Shown here: positions 9,186 through 17,993 of the stretch, piece after piece
Position numbering within the stretch: position 1 is the first letter of the stretch
How the letters are laid out: each line of letters starts with the position of its first letter
Virus record (IMG/VR): IMGVR_UViG_3300048919_000175
Location: 11,900 to 75,899 of that record
Length of the DNA stretch: 64,000 bases
From: a virus
Reading direction: 5' to 3' (one strand)
Notes under the pieces: model-generated
Databases searched by the model: none
What the model was told of the DNA's origin: nothing
What the model saw: the letters and a program-made list of their open reading frames with translations, nothing else
Program-made: the position numbers and the translations under genes

Positions 9186-11339
9186 ATGCCGGGAATTTTT
9201 CCTGATCCGTCCAAAGGCGGACTTATCGTCCGCAACCCGACAACCGGCCTGCCTATCGCACAGCCGAACGTATTCAACGCCGCCGTGCCACCGCTACCGT
9301 TCGGTCTCACGTGCGACCTCACTGCTATGCCGGAGGACTGCAATGTTCGTCCGTCCAATTCGCAGATCAATGCAATTGTCTCCGAAATCATCAATTTCTT
9401 CGTCGGCCTTTCGCCCGGTCGCGAATGGGATTGCACCGCACTCGATAACCTTCAGCTAGCCCTTGGGGACTTTGTCGCAAATCTTGCAGGCAGCGGGGAA
9501 GGATCGCTCGTTTGCTCCTCGGCCGTCGGCGATGGCTCTGAGGGCGGCGCGGCACTGCTTTACTGCGATGGCGCTATCGTCAAGAAGCTGCTGATCACGG
9601 GGGAAGGTTCGCTCAAGGAATTGGTCAGTGCGCAATTGTGCAGTGCTGAGGAACAAGCTCCGAACACCAATGACGACTATATGTTGTTCTGCCGGAACGG
9701 CGTCGTCAACAAGACTTCGGCCGTAACGTTCCAATGGTTCACAGGCGAATGGGTGCAGGGGCGCTCGTACACGACAAACCATATGGTGCGCAAGAACGGC
9801 AGGCTGTATTCGCCGAATGCTGCCATTCCGCCGAACACTCCTTTTGTGATCGGTACGTCCCTCGCGACGTGGTACGAAGTCAGCCCGAGCGGCGCTTCCC
9901 TGCCTTACGATCCGGCCAACGCTTACTCTGTTGATACGATCGTCAGCAAGGATGGAAAGTTCTATGCCGCCAACGATGATATTCCGGCCAATACGCCTTT
10001 CGTCGTCGGTACTACCGGCGCGACGTGGCGGGAAGTCAAGCTTAACGAGGCATTCATTAACGATTGGAACGCGTCGCTCTACTATGGCAAAAACTCCGTC
10101 GTCGTAAAGGATGGCGTTATCTGGCGTGCCAATCAGCCCACCGCGCCCGGCACATGGTCGGCTGCGCAGTGGGACCAGATCGGCGGCGAGCGCAACATCT
10201 ACCGTGGCCCATGGGCCATCGGCAATCCATACAATATCTTCGATCTCGTGCGGCGCAACAATCGCCTGTACGAAGCCAATGCGGCCATTCCGGCAAACAC
10301 GCCATTTGTGATCGGCCAGACCGGTGCAACATGGCGTGAGGTTTCCCCGTCGATCGGTACTGAGTACGACAATGACAGCACGTATGTATCTGGCAATATT
10401 GTCAGCTATAATGGCCAGTTCTTCGTGGCCAACGGAGCCATTCCGGTCAACACTCCGCCAACGGGCAGCGGTCTCGGCCTTACGGGCGCGACATGGCGTC
10501 CATTCAGCGTTTCGCAACTGATCCTCAAGCAGTACGTCGATACCGACGCGTATCTCGGTAACGAGCTGTTTGAATATCATACAGAAATTCCAGGACAGCG
10601 CGCCCTGTTCCGGACCGTTGCGGCAGGCAAGCAGCCTTCCATCTTCGGTTATCAATATGCAGACGTCATCGGCGAACGCAACAAGTTCCGCGACGACTGG
10701 TCTGTAGACGGCAACTACAAATCAGGCGACGTGGTCTTTGCGCCACCCGCCGCGAGCTTGTTCGCCTTTGCCTTGGTGCGCGCGAACTCCGACATGCCAC
10801 CCGGCACTTCGTTTGTGATCGGCACGGGCGCGCTGCAATGGACGATCATCAATAGCTCCGACCTCTCGTCGCTGCTTTACGATCAGGCCAAAGCCTATGC
10901 TGCCGGTCAGCTGGTCATCACCCCTTGGGGCATCTTCCGCGCCAACAATGACATTCCCTCTGGTACTTCCTTCCACGAGGCCAATATCGGCGGCGTAACA
11001 TGGAAGTCGATGAACAAGCGACGCCCCACGCTGGCGATCGCCGACGCTTCGTCATTTGCGGTTGGGGATCACCTCGATCGGCACTTGGCATTCACCGCCG
11101 CAGGTGCTAAGACCTATACCATTAATGATCTCAATTTCCAGGATGGCGATATGCTCACGGGCTACTCCATCAATGGACAGCTGACTTTCGCATTCGGAAA
11201 TGGCAACGTCATGCACTCACCGGAGACATTTTCGCTGCGCAACGTAGACTACGCAACTTTCGTCATTCACTGCATCGGTCCCGGTGCAATCGGCAGCCCC
11301 AAGGAATTCGTCCTTTCGGGGGACCTTCTCGCAATCTGA
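9186..11339 (+). CDS. Tail fibre with repeated CBM5/12-like aromatic carbohydrate-binding modules
   Basis: About 8 repeats of W/Y..Y....V...G..Y.AN..IP.NTPF..G..GATW.EV. Confidence 0.75.
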   Translation: MPGIFPDPSKGGLIVRNPTTGLPIAQPNVFNAAVPPLPFGLTCDLTAMPEDCNVRPSNSQINAIVSEIINFFVGLSPGREWDCTALDNLQLALGDFVANLAGSGEGSLVCSSAVGDGSEGGAALLYCDGAIVKKLLITGEGSLKELVSAQLCSAEEQAPNTNDDYMLFCRNGVVNKTSAVTFQWFTGEWVQGRSYTTNHMVRKNGRLYSPNAAIPPNTPFVIGTSLATWYEVSPSGASLPYDPANAYSVDTIVSKDGKFYAANDDIPANTPFVVGTTGATWREVKLNEAFINDWNASLYYGKNSVVVKDGVIWRANQPTAPGTWSAAQWDQIGGERNIYRGPWAIGNPYNIFDLVRRNNRLYEANAAIPANTPFVIGQTGATWREVSPSIGTEYDNDSTYVSGNIVSYNGQFFVANGAIPVNTPPTGSGLGLTGATWRPFSVSQLILKQYVDTDAYLGNELFEYHTEIPGQRALFRTVAAGKQPSIFGYQYADVIGERNKFRDDWSVDGNYKSGDVVFAPPAASLFAFALVRANSDMPPGTSFVIGTGALQWTIINSSDLSSLLYDQAKAYAAGQLVITPWGIFRANNDIPSGTSFHEANIGGVTWKSMNKRRPTLAIADASSFAVGDHLDRHLAFTAAGAKTYTINDLNFQDGDMLTGYSINGQLTFAFGNGNVMHSPETFSLRNVDYATFVIHCIGPGAIGSPKEFVLSGDLLAI

Positions 11340-11346
11340 GGTTACT

Positions 11347-12456
11347 ATGTCTCTTTCGGCACAAGAGCAGCTTCTCGTCGGTAAGTATGCATCGCAGCGT
11401 GGAGTATCCCTCAACGCCTGCCTTGCATTCATGAAGGTCGAGACCGGCATGCAGACTGGCACCATTATCAATGGTGTCTTGAAAGCAATCATCCGTTGGG
11501 AAGGCCATTATTTCGATCGGCTTATCCCTCCTGCCCTGCAAGCGAAAGCCCGTGCGCTCAAGCTGGCCAGCCCCAAGGTTGGCGGCATTGCTAACCCGGC
11601 TTCACAAGTGGCACGATACCTGATCCTAGACGAGGGCAAGAAGCTCGACGTCACTGCCGCCATTAGCTCCTGCTCGTGGGGCGTTGGTCAAGTCATGGGC
11701 GCGCACTGGAAGAAGCTCGGCTTCCCTTCCGCCGAAGAATTTGAACGCACGGCTCAGTCTGGCTTTAGCGGGCAGCTTGCCATCATGTTCGCGTTCATGG
11801 ACGTGAGCGGCGTGATCCAGCATCTGCGCCGCCTTGATTGGTCGGCCGTTGCGCGCATCTGGAACGGTGCAGCCTACGCCAAGAACAAATACGACGTAAA
11901 GATGAAGGAAGCCTATGAAGCGCTGGAAGGTGCCAAGGCTCCGGCTCCGGCGTCGGCTGGCATGATCCGCGTCGGCTCCAAGGGCGCAAAGGTCCGCGAG
12001 CTACAGGGCTTGCTGGTCCGCGCTGGCTATGCGGTCACGGTGGATGGCGACTACGGCGGCTCTACAGAGCGCGCAGTGCGTTCGTTCCAAGCAAGAAATC
12101 ACCTCGACGTTGACGGCGTTGCCGGGCCGCAAACCATGCAACTCCTCGCGACGTTCAAGTCTGCACCAGAGGAGAAAGTCGGTCAGCTCAAGCCGCTCGA
12201 CACTCCGGAAGTCAAGCAGGGTCTGTTCTCCGCTATCGGCGCGGCAGGCGGCACGGGCGCGGTCAAGTCGACCATCGACCAAGCCAAGGATCAGCTCACG
12301 CCATATGTCGGCAATGCCTTTGTCGACAATATCATGACGTACCTGACCGTTGCTGGTGTCGTCGTGCTTATGGGCGGTCTGGCCTATGCCGGTTACGGTC
12401 TCTGGAAAAAGCGGCACTCCTCGTTGGGGATCGAAGACAAGGTTGCAATGGCATGA
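11347..12456 (+). CDS. Endolysin: N-acetylmuramidase (DUF3380-like) + peptidoglycan-binding domain + C-terminal TM helix
   Basis: VE...IRWEGHYF, SCSWGVGQVMG.HW, WNG..Y..N.Y motifs; PG_binding_1 VDGDYG...FQ...LDVDGVAG; hydrophobic C-terminus. Confidence 0.9.
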   Translation: MSLSAQEQLLVGKYASQRGVSLNACLAFMKVETGMQTGTIINGVLKAIIRWEGHYFDRLIPPALQAKARALKLASPKVGGIANPASQVARYLILDEGKKLDVTAAISSCSWGVGQVMGAHWKKLGFPSAEEFERTAQSGFSGQLAIMFAFMDVSGVIQHLRRLDWSAVARIWNGAAYAKNKYDVKMKEAYEALEGAKAPAPASAGMIRVGSKGAKVRELQGLLVRAGYAVTVDGDYGGSTERAVRSFQARNHLDVDGVAGPQTMQLLATFKSAPEEKVGQLKPLDTPEVKQGLFSAIGAAGGTGAVKSTIDQAKDQLTPYVGNAFVDNIMTYLTVAGVVVLMGGLAYAGYGLWKKRHSSLGIEDKVAMA

Positions 12457-12701
12457 CCATTTCCAGCTACATAAAGATCGGCCTTGGTTTGTTCGCGTTG
12501 CTCATCATGGCTTACGTCATCCACAACGTATTCAACTACGGGCGCGACACAGCCCTTGAAGGTGTGAGGAAGAACAATGAACGTCTCGGCACGGAGGCTG
12601 ACAAGGCTGCTCTCGATTACGACGACTGCATGCGTGCTAACCGCATGTGGGACTGGCGGAACAATCGATGTGGCGGCAATGCGCCGAACGGTGGGAACTG
12701 A
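12453..12701 (+). CDS. i-spanin (Rz-like)
   Basis: N-terminal TM helix; directly after the endolysin. Confidence 0.7.
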   Translation: MTISSYIKIGLGLFALLIMAYVIHNVFNYGRDTALEGVRKNNERLGTEADKAALDYDDCMRANRMWDWRNNRCGGNAPNGGN

Positions 12702-12843
12702 CCTGATTGGGGTCAAGGGAGCTACCGTTGAAGATCAAAATAACATTAACAGAACTGTGGTCCGCCTTGGTGCAGCAAAGATATATACCGCTGGAGAGCT
12801 CGCTGCCCATGGCGAGCGCCTTGCTGCCCGGCAGGCAAAATAA
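12577..12843 (+). CDS. o-spanin (Rz1-like lipoprotein)
   Basis: Overlaps the i-spanin in another frame; lipobox VLTA-C. Confidence 0.7.
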   Translation: MNVSARRLTRLLSITTTACVLTACGTGGTIDVAAMRRTVGTDLIGVKGATVEDQNNINRTVVRLGAAKIYTAGELAAHGERLAARQAK

Positions 12844-12874
12844 AGAGGCCCTAGAATTAAAATCTAGGGCCTCT
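12844..12874. terminator. Inverted repeat between convergent late and replication operons
   Basis: AGAGGCCCTAGA-N7-TCTAGGGCCTCT. Confidence 0.6.
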
Positions 12875-12919
12875 GGAAGCGTTTCTAGCCATGGCGGCTA
12901 GGGTAGTAGCCTAGCGGCC

Positions 12920-13312
12920 TTACTGCTTGCCCTTGGCCAACTGTGCGCCGTGCGCATGGGCCAAGCCCTGGAGCGCCAGAACGGTCGAATGGTGCTGCAA
13001 CTGGCCGAGCTCGGTCATGTGGTGATAGAGGTCGGCATAAGCCTGCTCGATCTCGCGAGAAATCTTCTGCACGAGAGCCTGCTTGTCCTTGATGGCTGCG
13101 TCGATCTGCACCTTCTCGTTCATGGTATTCTCCATGGTTTTCATGGAAATGTCTGCCGGGGTCACAGGGACCTTCGTCATTACCGGCTGCGTGACCGGGC
13201 GTTGCGATGGCGGAATGGTGTTCGCCTTCGCTTCACGCGCATCAGCCGCAGCCAATACTTCGCGAATACCGCCGTCCAATGTTTCGCCGACCTTCTCTGG
13301 AATTGCATTCAT
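12920..13312 (-). CDS. Hypothetical coiled-coil protein
   Basis: ORF with AGGAG RBS. Confidence 0.6.
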   Translation of the reverse strand: MNAIPEKVGETLDGGIREVLAAADAREAKANTIPPSQRPVTQPVMTKVPVTPADISMKTMENTMNEKVQIDAAIKDKQALVQKISREIEQAYADLYHHMTELGQLQHHSTVLALQGLAHAHGAQLAKGKQ

Positions 13313-13506
13313 GTTACGCTCCTGTTTGATTTTCGTTATAGTTACGCTGCGACCTTTTCACGCTTTACTGTCACAACGATGATCTGCTGGCCCGCAAACA
13401 TCTTGCGGACCTCATTTGCAGCAGATTGGGGATCGGAAGCGAGGACCGATCTATAGTCGATCACGCCGCTTGCGCGATGTTCGAATTTTACTTTGAATTT
13501 GACCAC

Positions 13507-13815
13507 TTATGCTGGCTCCCTCGCCCACGACCCAACGAGCTTGGCATAGTCCCCGCGAATTGTAAAGGCCAGTTTATTACCCCTTCCAATCATATGGTTA
13601 CTAGAGAGGGTTAACTGCACATATGTCATTTTACGCTCAAGGTCACGCAGGCATGCGCCCACGCCCGAACGGAAGTTGATCAACGTGTCGTCGGGGTCGA
13701 GCTCGGCTTTCACCAGCTCGCAAATCTCGTCCAGCTCGATCACGGTTTTGCCCTGTTTCTGCAGGGACGCGATCGCTTCCAGGATTACCATTTGCTTATT
13801 AGAAAATCGTAGCAT
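13507..13815 (-). CDS. Putative winged-helix DNA-binding protein
   Basis: KQMVILEAI...LDEICELV pattern; start inferred. Confidence 0.4.
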   Translation of the reverse strand: MLRFSNKQMVILEAIASLQKQGKTVIELDEICELVKAELDPDDTLINFRSGVGACLRDLERKMTYVQLTLSSNHMIGRGNKLAFTIRGDYAKLVGSWAREPA

Positions 13816-15565
13816 TGCCTGCCTCGTGTAGCATCTTGCGAATATCATCAAGCACCAAGGTTGAGAACTCTTTCTTCTGGCGCAAGTTAGCCAGAATACC
13901 AGTATCAACGGTGCGGCTTGCGATTAGATCGAGGAAGTGGCAGGCCTCCTTCGTCCCAATGCGGTGAATGCGGTCCTCACTCTGCCAGCGGTGCACGGCA
14001 TTGAAGGAGTTAGAGTAATAGATTGCATGGGTGCAAAGCCCCTGCAGATTAAGTCCAGTCCCACCAGCGGCAGGGTTGGAAATTAGAATATCCTTACCTG
14101 AGTTAGCGTCGAGGAACAAGCGTTTATTAATCGCACGCTGGTCGTCGGGCGTAGGGCCAATGTAGTCGACGGCCCGCGCACCGAACTTGCGCATGAGGAC
14201 ATTTGCGTCGTGCTGGAACCGGCACCAGATGATCTTCTTGCGCTCGAAGCCGATCAGCTCGTCCAGTTCCTCCACGAGCTCAAGCCTTGGGTTCTTCGTA
14301 AACTCGTGCGTCGTGCCATCGTCCAGCTTCATGAAGCCACACGTAATCTGCTGGAGGCGCAGGATCATGGTAGCGGCATGCTCGACCGAAATCACGCGTT
14401 CGTTCAGCACGGTGTACTGTTCGCCAGTAACTTCGCTCGTGACAATTTCTTCCGCTTGATCAAGCCGATAGAGGAAATCCTCCTTAAGCTTTTCATAAGC
14501 ATCCCGCTGCTCGTTGGTCAGCTTGAACGCCTTGCGCTCATAGACCTTCTCCGGTAGGTCAAGCTCATCCTTGGTGGCACGGAAAGTCACCTTGTCAATG
14601 CGCTGGTAGAACTTTTCCAAGTTCTTATGGCCCATGACCTTCTTGCCTTCGAAGCCGCCCATGCGGCAGTAATCCTTGCGGAACGAAGACTTGTACTCTT
14701 CCCCAATTATGTCGGCATCAAGGAAGAAGAACTGACCCCAAACGTCCTCCAAGTTCTTGGTGATTGGGGTCCCGCTCAGGATCGATCGGTAAGCAATGAA
14801 CGGCTTCAGCTTGAGCAATGTCTGGGCGCGATTGGTCTCTGGGTCCTTGGCCTCTTGGCTCTCGTCAACAACGCCATAGACCCGGCCCTGGAATGCCCGC
14901 AGGAACTTGACGAAGGCGGCATAGCCTTTCTTATTCCAGATGGCATCCATGTTAATCGAAAATACGATAAGCTTATCCTTAACGCGGGTGAGCCGGTCGA
15001 TTGCTTCCAGCTCACGTTTGGTATTGCCGCCTTCCCACGCGAGCCCTACGTAAGGGATCGAGGAATGGATATGTTCGACGATCTGCTCATCGACCCACTG
15101 CTCATGGACGCCCTTCTTGGTGATTACAAACAGCACGTCAATTTCGTACTTGCACCAAAGGTAGACGGCCTTGTCGATCGTGACCTTAGTCTTGCCGGTG
15201 CCGGTCTCCATAAACAGGGCGGAGCATTCCAAGTCCTTGGTCATTGCAAACGCGCGGTCCTGATGATTGTAACCGGGCATGGCGGTCTGGAACGGCGGGC
15301 GTTCCTTACGATCAATCATCAAGAAATCGTTGTTGAGGTTTAGCACGCGGCTCTTCTGGCGCTCGTCCTCGAACTCGCATTCTTCAAAAATCTCCAGCCA
15401 ATTTTCGATATTTCGCTGGCTCGTCTCAAACCAATAAGTTTTGCCGTCCTTCAGGAACTTTTTGCGCCCTGAAACCTTTAGCAGAAAACGGGTCAGCCGT
15501 GTGCCGTAAACCTCACCCTTATCGATGGTGACGCGGCATCCTTCGTTCGTTGCTGTAAGCTTCAT
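13799..15565 (-). CDS. SNF2-family helicase
   Basis: METGTGKT, VVDESQ, LSGTPI, GGTGLNLQ, QSEDRIHRIG. Confidence 0.92.
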   Translation of the reverse strand: MKLTATNEGCRVTIDKGEVYGTRLTRFLLKVSGRKKFLKDGKTYWFETSQRNIENWLEIFEECEFEDERQKSRVLNLNNDFLMIDRKERPPFQTAMPGYNHQDRAFAMTKDLECSALFMETGTGKTKVTIDKAVYLWCKYEIDVLFVITKKGVHEQWVDEQIVEHIHSSIPYVGLAWEGGNTKRELEAIDRLTRVKDKLIVFSINMDAIWNKKGYAAFVKFLRAFQGRVYGVVDESQEAKDPETNRAQTLLKLKPFIAYRSILSGTPITKNLEDVWGQFFFLDADIIGEEYKSSFRKDYCRMGGFEGKKVMGHKNLEKFYQRIDKVTFRATKDELDLPEKVYERKAFKLTNEQRDAYEKLKEDFLYRLDQAEEIVTSEVTGEQYTVLNERVISVEHAATMILRLQQITCGFMKLDDGTTHEFTKNPRLELVEELDELIGFERKKIIWCRFQHDANVLMRKFGARAVDYIGPTPDDQRAINKRLFLDANSGKDILISNPAAGGTGLNLQGLCTHAIYYSNSFNAVHRWQSEDRIHRIGTKEACHFLDLIASRTVDTGILANLRQKKEFSTLVLDDIRKMLHEAGNATIF

Positions 15566-15573
15566 GTGATTTC

Positions 15574-17790
15574 CTACATTACGCCACTGACCTGCATGCC
15601 TGCTAGGTCAGCTGGAAACTTGATATTGTCGCGGATCAGGTCGGTAATCATACGGTCGTTCTGCTCCGGCTCGTCGAACAAGGCTTTGTATTCCTCGTAC
15701 AACGCCGGGCTGACCAGAACGTATTGCAGATTACCAGCAATGCGGATGCGTTTGATATGGGCGAACATGCCCTCGTTGATCATTGCTTTGCGCAGGTCAT
15801 GTGCCGTGCTAAAGGACTTCCCCTTAGCCTCGCGCATGGCCCATAGCTCCAGCTCTCGCGTCGTAATGCAGACCTTCATGCCTTCAAAGATAATACGCTC
15901 GGCCAGCTCGGCGGCGCGCACTTCTTCTGGCGTGCGGCTGGCAGCGATCATCTCTTTCTTCTTCTTGGTCATTGGGGCCGGTTCGCCCTTAGACACGTAT
16001 TCGCCGTAGTGCTGCGCCCAATTGAGGATGATCCCCAAGCCGCCAGCATCAATCCAGCTGTTGAAGTCCTTGAACTTCTTGGCGGGCCATGCTACCTCTG
16101 TGCATTCGGGGCACAGCCAACGGCGGTCGGTGTCTTCTATCTTCATCGCCTTGACCGAGTTGGAGCAGCAGCAATAGTGCGACCAATTCTCGATCTTGTA
16201 GCGGCGCTGGTTCTTCTCGTTGACCATGATATCTTCGTCAGTGATATAGGTCTTGAGTTTGTTGTAGGCTTTCCACGAATGGCCAGAGTAGATTTCCGAA
16301 ACGACTACCAGTCGCTTGTTGGCCATCCATGAATTGAACTGGCTTTCAACAATGTCTGTTTCCGTGGGGAAGCCGACGTTGTTCATGCCGACTAGCGGTG
16401 CAAGGATGCGGTTGGTCAGCGTTGACTTACCGACGCCCTGCCGCTCGGAGACCAGCAACAGTCCGTACATCATACGGATTTCCGGCTTTGCAATCAGGGT
16501 TGCGCACCAACGCAGCACATCGTCGAGCTCTTCCGGGTTCACGAACAGATAGCGCATGAACTCAAGGAATGGCGTTGGGTCACCGGCAATCGGCCGAATT
16601 TGCGGCGGCACGTACATGTTAATCGCCGATGTGCTGTCGTCCGTTACCTTGCGCCCTTGCACGTCAGGCCGGTAGGTCAGGCGGCTCAAGCGACCGGAAT
16701 ACTTCTTCAGGATCAGCTTGCAGGTGTCGGAGGTATTGGAGAAACTGGACAACACGCTGTTGATGATTTTGTCGGACCCTTGAATATGCGGGCGTTCCAG
16801 ATTGACGAACATGTCGGCATTGTCGACGTAGAACCATTCGTCGGTAACGTGAGGGCGAAGAATAACAATGGGCTTCCCCTTGGGCTGCTTGACTTCGTCG
16901 GTCATCCACGTTGCAGGATGGATGCAGCTTTCGAACGCAGGCCCGACGTAAATCTGCTTACCTTCAATGGCGCTGAACATCTTCTTCGGGAACGGGTCGG
17001 CAAGGTCGAACGCCGCTGGCCATTCGTCCGTGAACTGCAGATGAAAAGTCTGCATGCGCAACATCTGCGAGATTGGGGCCACGGCCTCGCGACCGGGCTT
17101 GTCGTTGTCCGAAACAATGTAGGCACGCCGCATGCCCATTTCGTTCAGTACATTCCAGTTTGTACGGCGCGGCACGAATGCGCCACCGGCCCAACCTACA
17201 TGCGCCCCGGCCCGTAGCTCCTCCAACCATGGATGGGAACCATTTGCCTCGATTAAGCGTTGTACTGCACGCGCAGCTTTAGCCCCTTCATGAATGAAGA
17301 CTGTCGTGTGCGCCCCAATCTTGTCCAGACCGTACAGCGGCAGGCCGAACGGCGGCTCAGCGCGTCGCCATTTATTGTCTGACCAGAACGTATAAGGAAC
17401 GTAACGCTTTTCAGCCTCGTCGGTCTTCGGGTCCAGACGCAGTTGGAGCATCGCAATGTTGCCCCATTGGTCTTTGAACTCGAACACGCTATCAGCGTCA
17501 GCCTCTTCCAGCTCCTTCGGCAGGTTGGTCGGGCGTGCTGGCTTGACATACTCTGGAAACTGGCCCACGGGCCATGTCGCCATAATGTCTTGCTTTTCCT
17601 GATCGGTCGGCTCGTAGCCTTCGGTCGCTTTGGGCTCCCCGGTCTCCGGGTCAAACTCGATGCGGGCCTTATCGATGTTATAAGCGCCGCGCTTTTCCTG
17701 GACTACTGCAGAATAAAGTCCTCGTGTTTCAGCTTTAAATCGCCGAAGGTAGCGGGCTACATCCGGGATTTCATAAAGATCTGAGATCAT
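15574..17790 (-). CDS. Primase-helicase (TOPRIM + SF3/DUF5906-type NTPase)
   Basis: PLYGL, HEGAKAA, SDNDKPG (TOPRIM); QGVGKST Walker A; CCSN, DTDRRW. Confidence 0.85.
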   Translation of the reverse strand: MISDLYEIPDVARYLRRFKAETRGLYSAVVQEKRGAYNIDKARIEFDPETGEPKATEGYEPTDQEKQDIMATWPVGQFPEYVKPARPTNLPKELEEADADSVFEFKDQWGNIAMLQLRLDPKTDEAEKRYVPYTFWSDNKWRRAEPPFGLPLYGLDKIGAHTTVFIHEGAKAARAVQRLIEANGSHPWLEELRAGAHVGWAGGAFVPRRTNWNVLNEMGMRRAYIVSDNDKPGREAVAPISQMLRMQTFHLQFTDEWPAAFDLADPFPKKMFSAIEGKQIYVGPAFESCIHPATWMTDEVKQPKGKPIVILRPHVTDEWFYVDNADMFVNLERPHIQGSDKIINSVLSSFSNTSDTCKLILKKYSGRLSRLTYRPDVQGRKVTDDSTSAINMYVPPQIRPIAGDPTPFLEFMRYLFVNPEELDDVLRWCATLIAKPEIRMMYGLLLVSERQGVGKSTLTNRILAPLVGMNNVGFPTETDIVESQFNSWMANKRLVVVSEIYSGHSWKAYNKLKTYITDEDIMVNEKNQRRYKIENWSHYCCCSNSVKAMKIEDTDRRWLCPECTEVAWPAKKFKDFNSWIDAGGLGIILNWAQHYGEYVSKGEPAPMTKKKKEMIAASRTPEEVRAAELAERIIFEGMKVCITTRELELWAMREAKGKSFSTAHDLRKAMINEGMFAHIKRIRIAGNLQYVLVSPALYEEYKALFDEPEQNDRMITDLIRDNIKFPADLAGMQVSGVM

Positions 17791-17993
17791 TCTCTGTTAC
17801 CGCCCAATAGTAATTCAATATTCTTGGAAGCTTCTTTAAGCTCCCGCTGCCACTTCATTAGTTGATCCCGGCTCACCGGTCGTTTCACTTCCAGCGCTAG
17901 CGAGGTTTGCCCGGCTATAGCTCCCGTAACTGTTAGGATTTCCTCCAGTATTGGCCCGGCTCGCGTTGGCTTCTGCACTTGCTTGATCCTCAT
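17787..17993 (-). CDS. Small hypothetical protein overlapping the dnaE 3' end
   Basis: MRIKQVQK...; its stop overlaps the primase ATG (ATGA). Confidence 0.5.
   Translation of the reverse strand: MRIKQVQKPTRAGPILEEILTVTGAIAGQTSLALEVKRPVSRDQLMKWQRELKEASKNIELLLGGNRE

Noticed and set aside
9730-11010. Diversity-generating retroelement in the fibre repeats
   Set aside because: These are protein-level repeats with no adenine-specific template/variable pair evident, and there is no reverse transcriptase.
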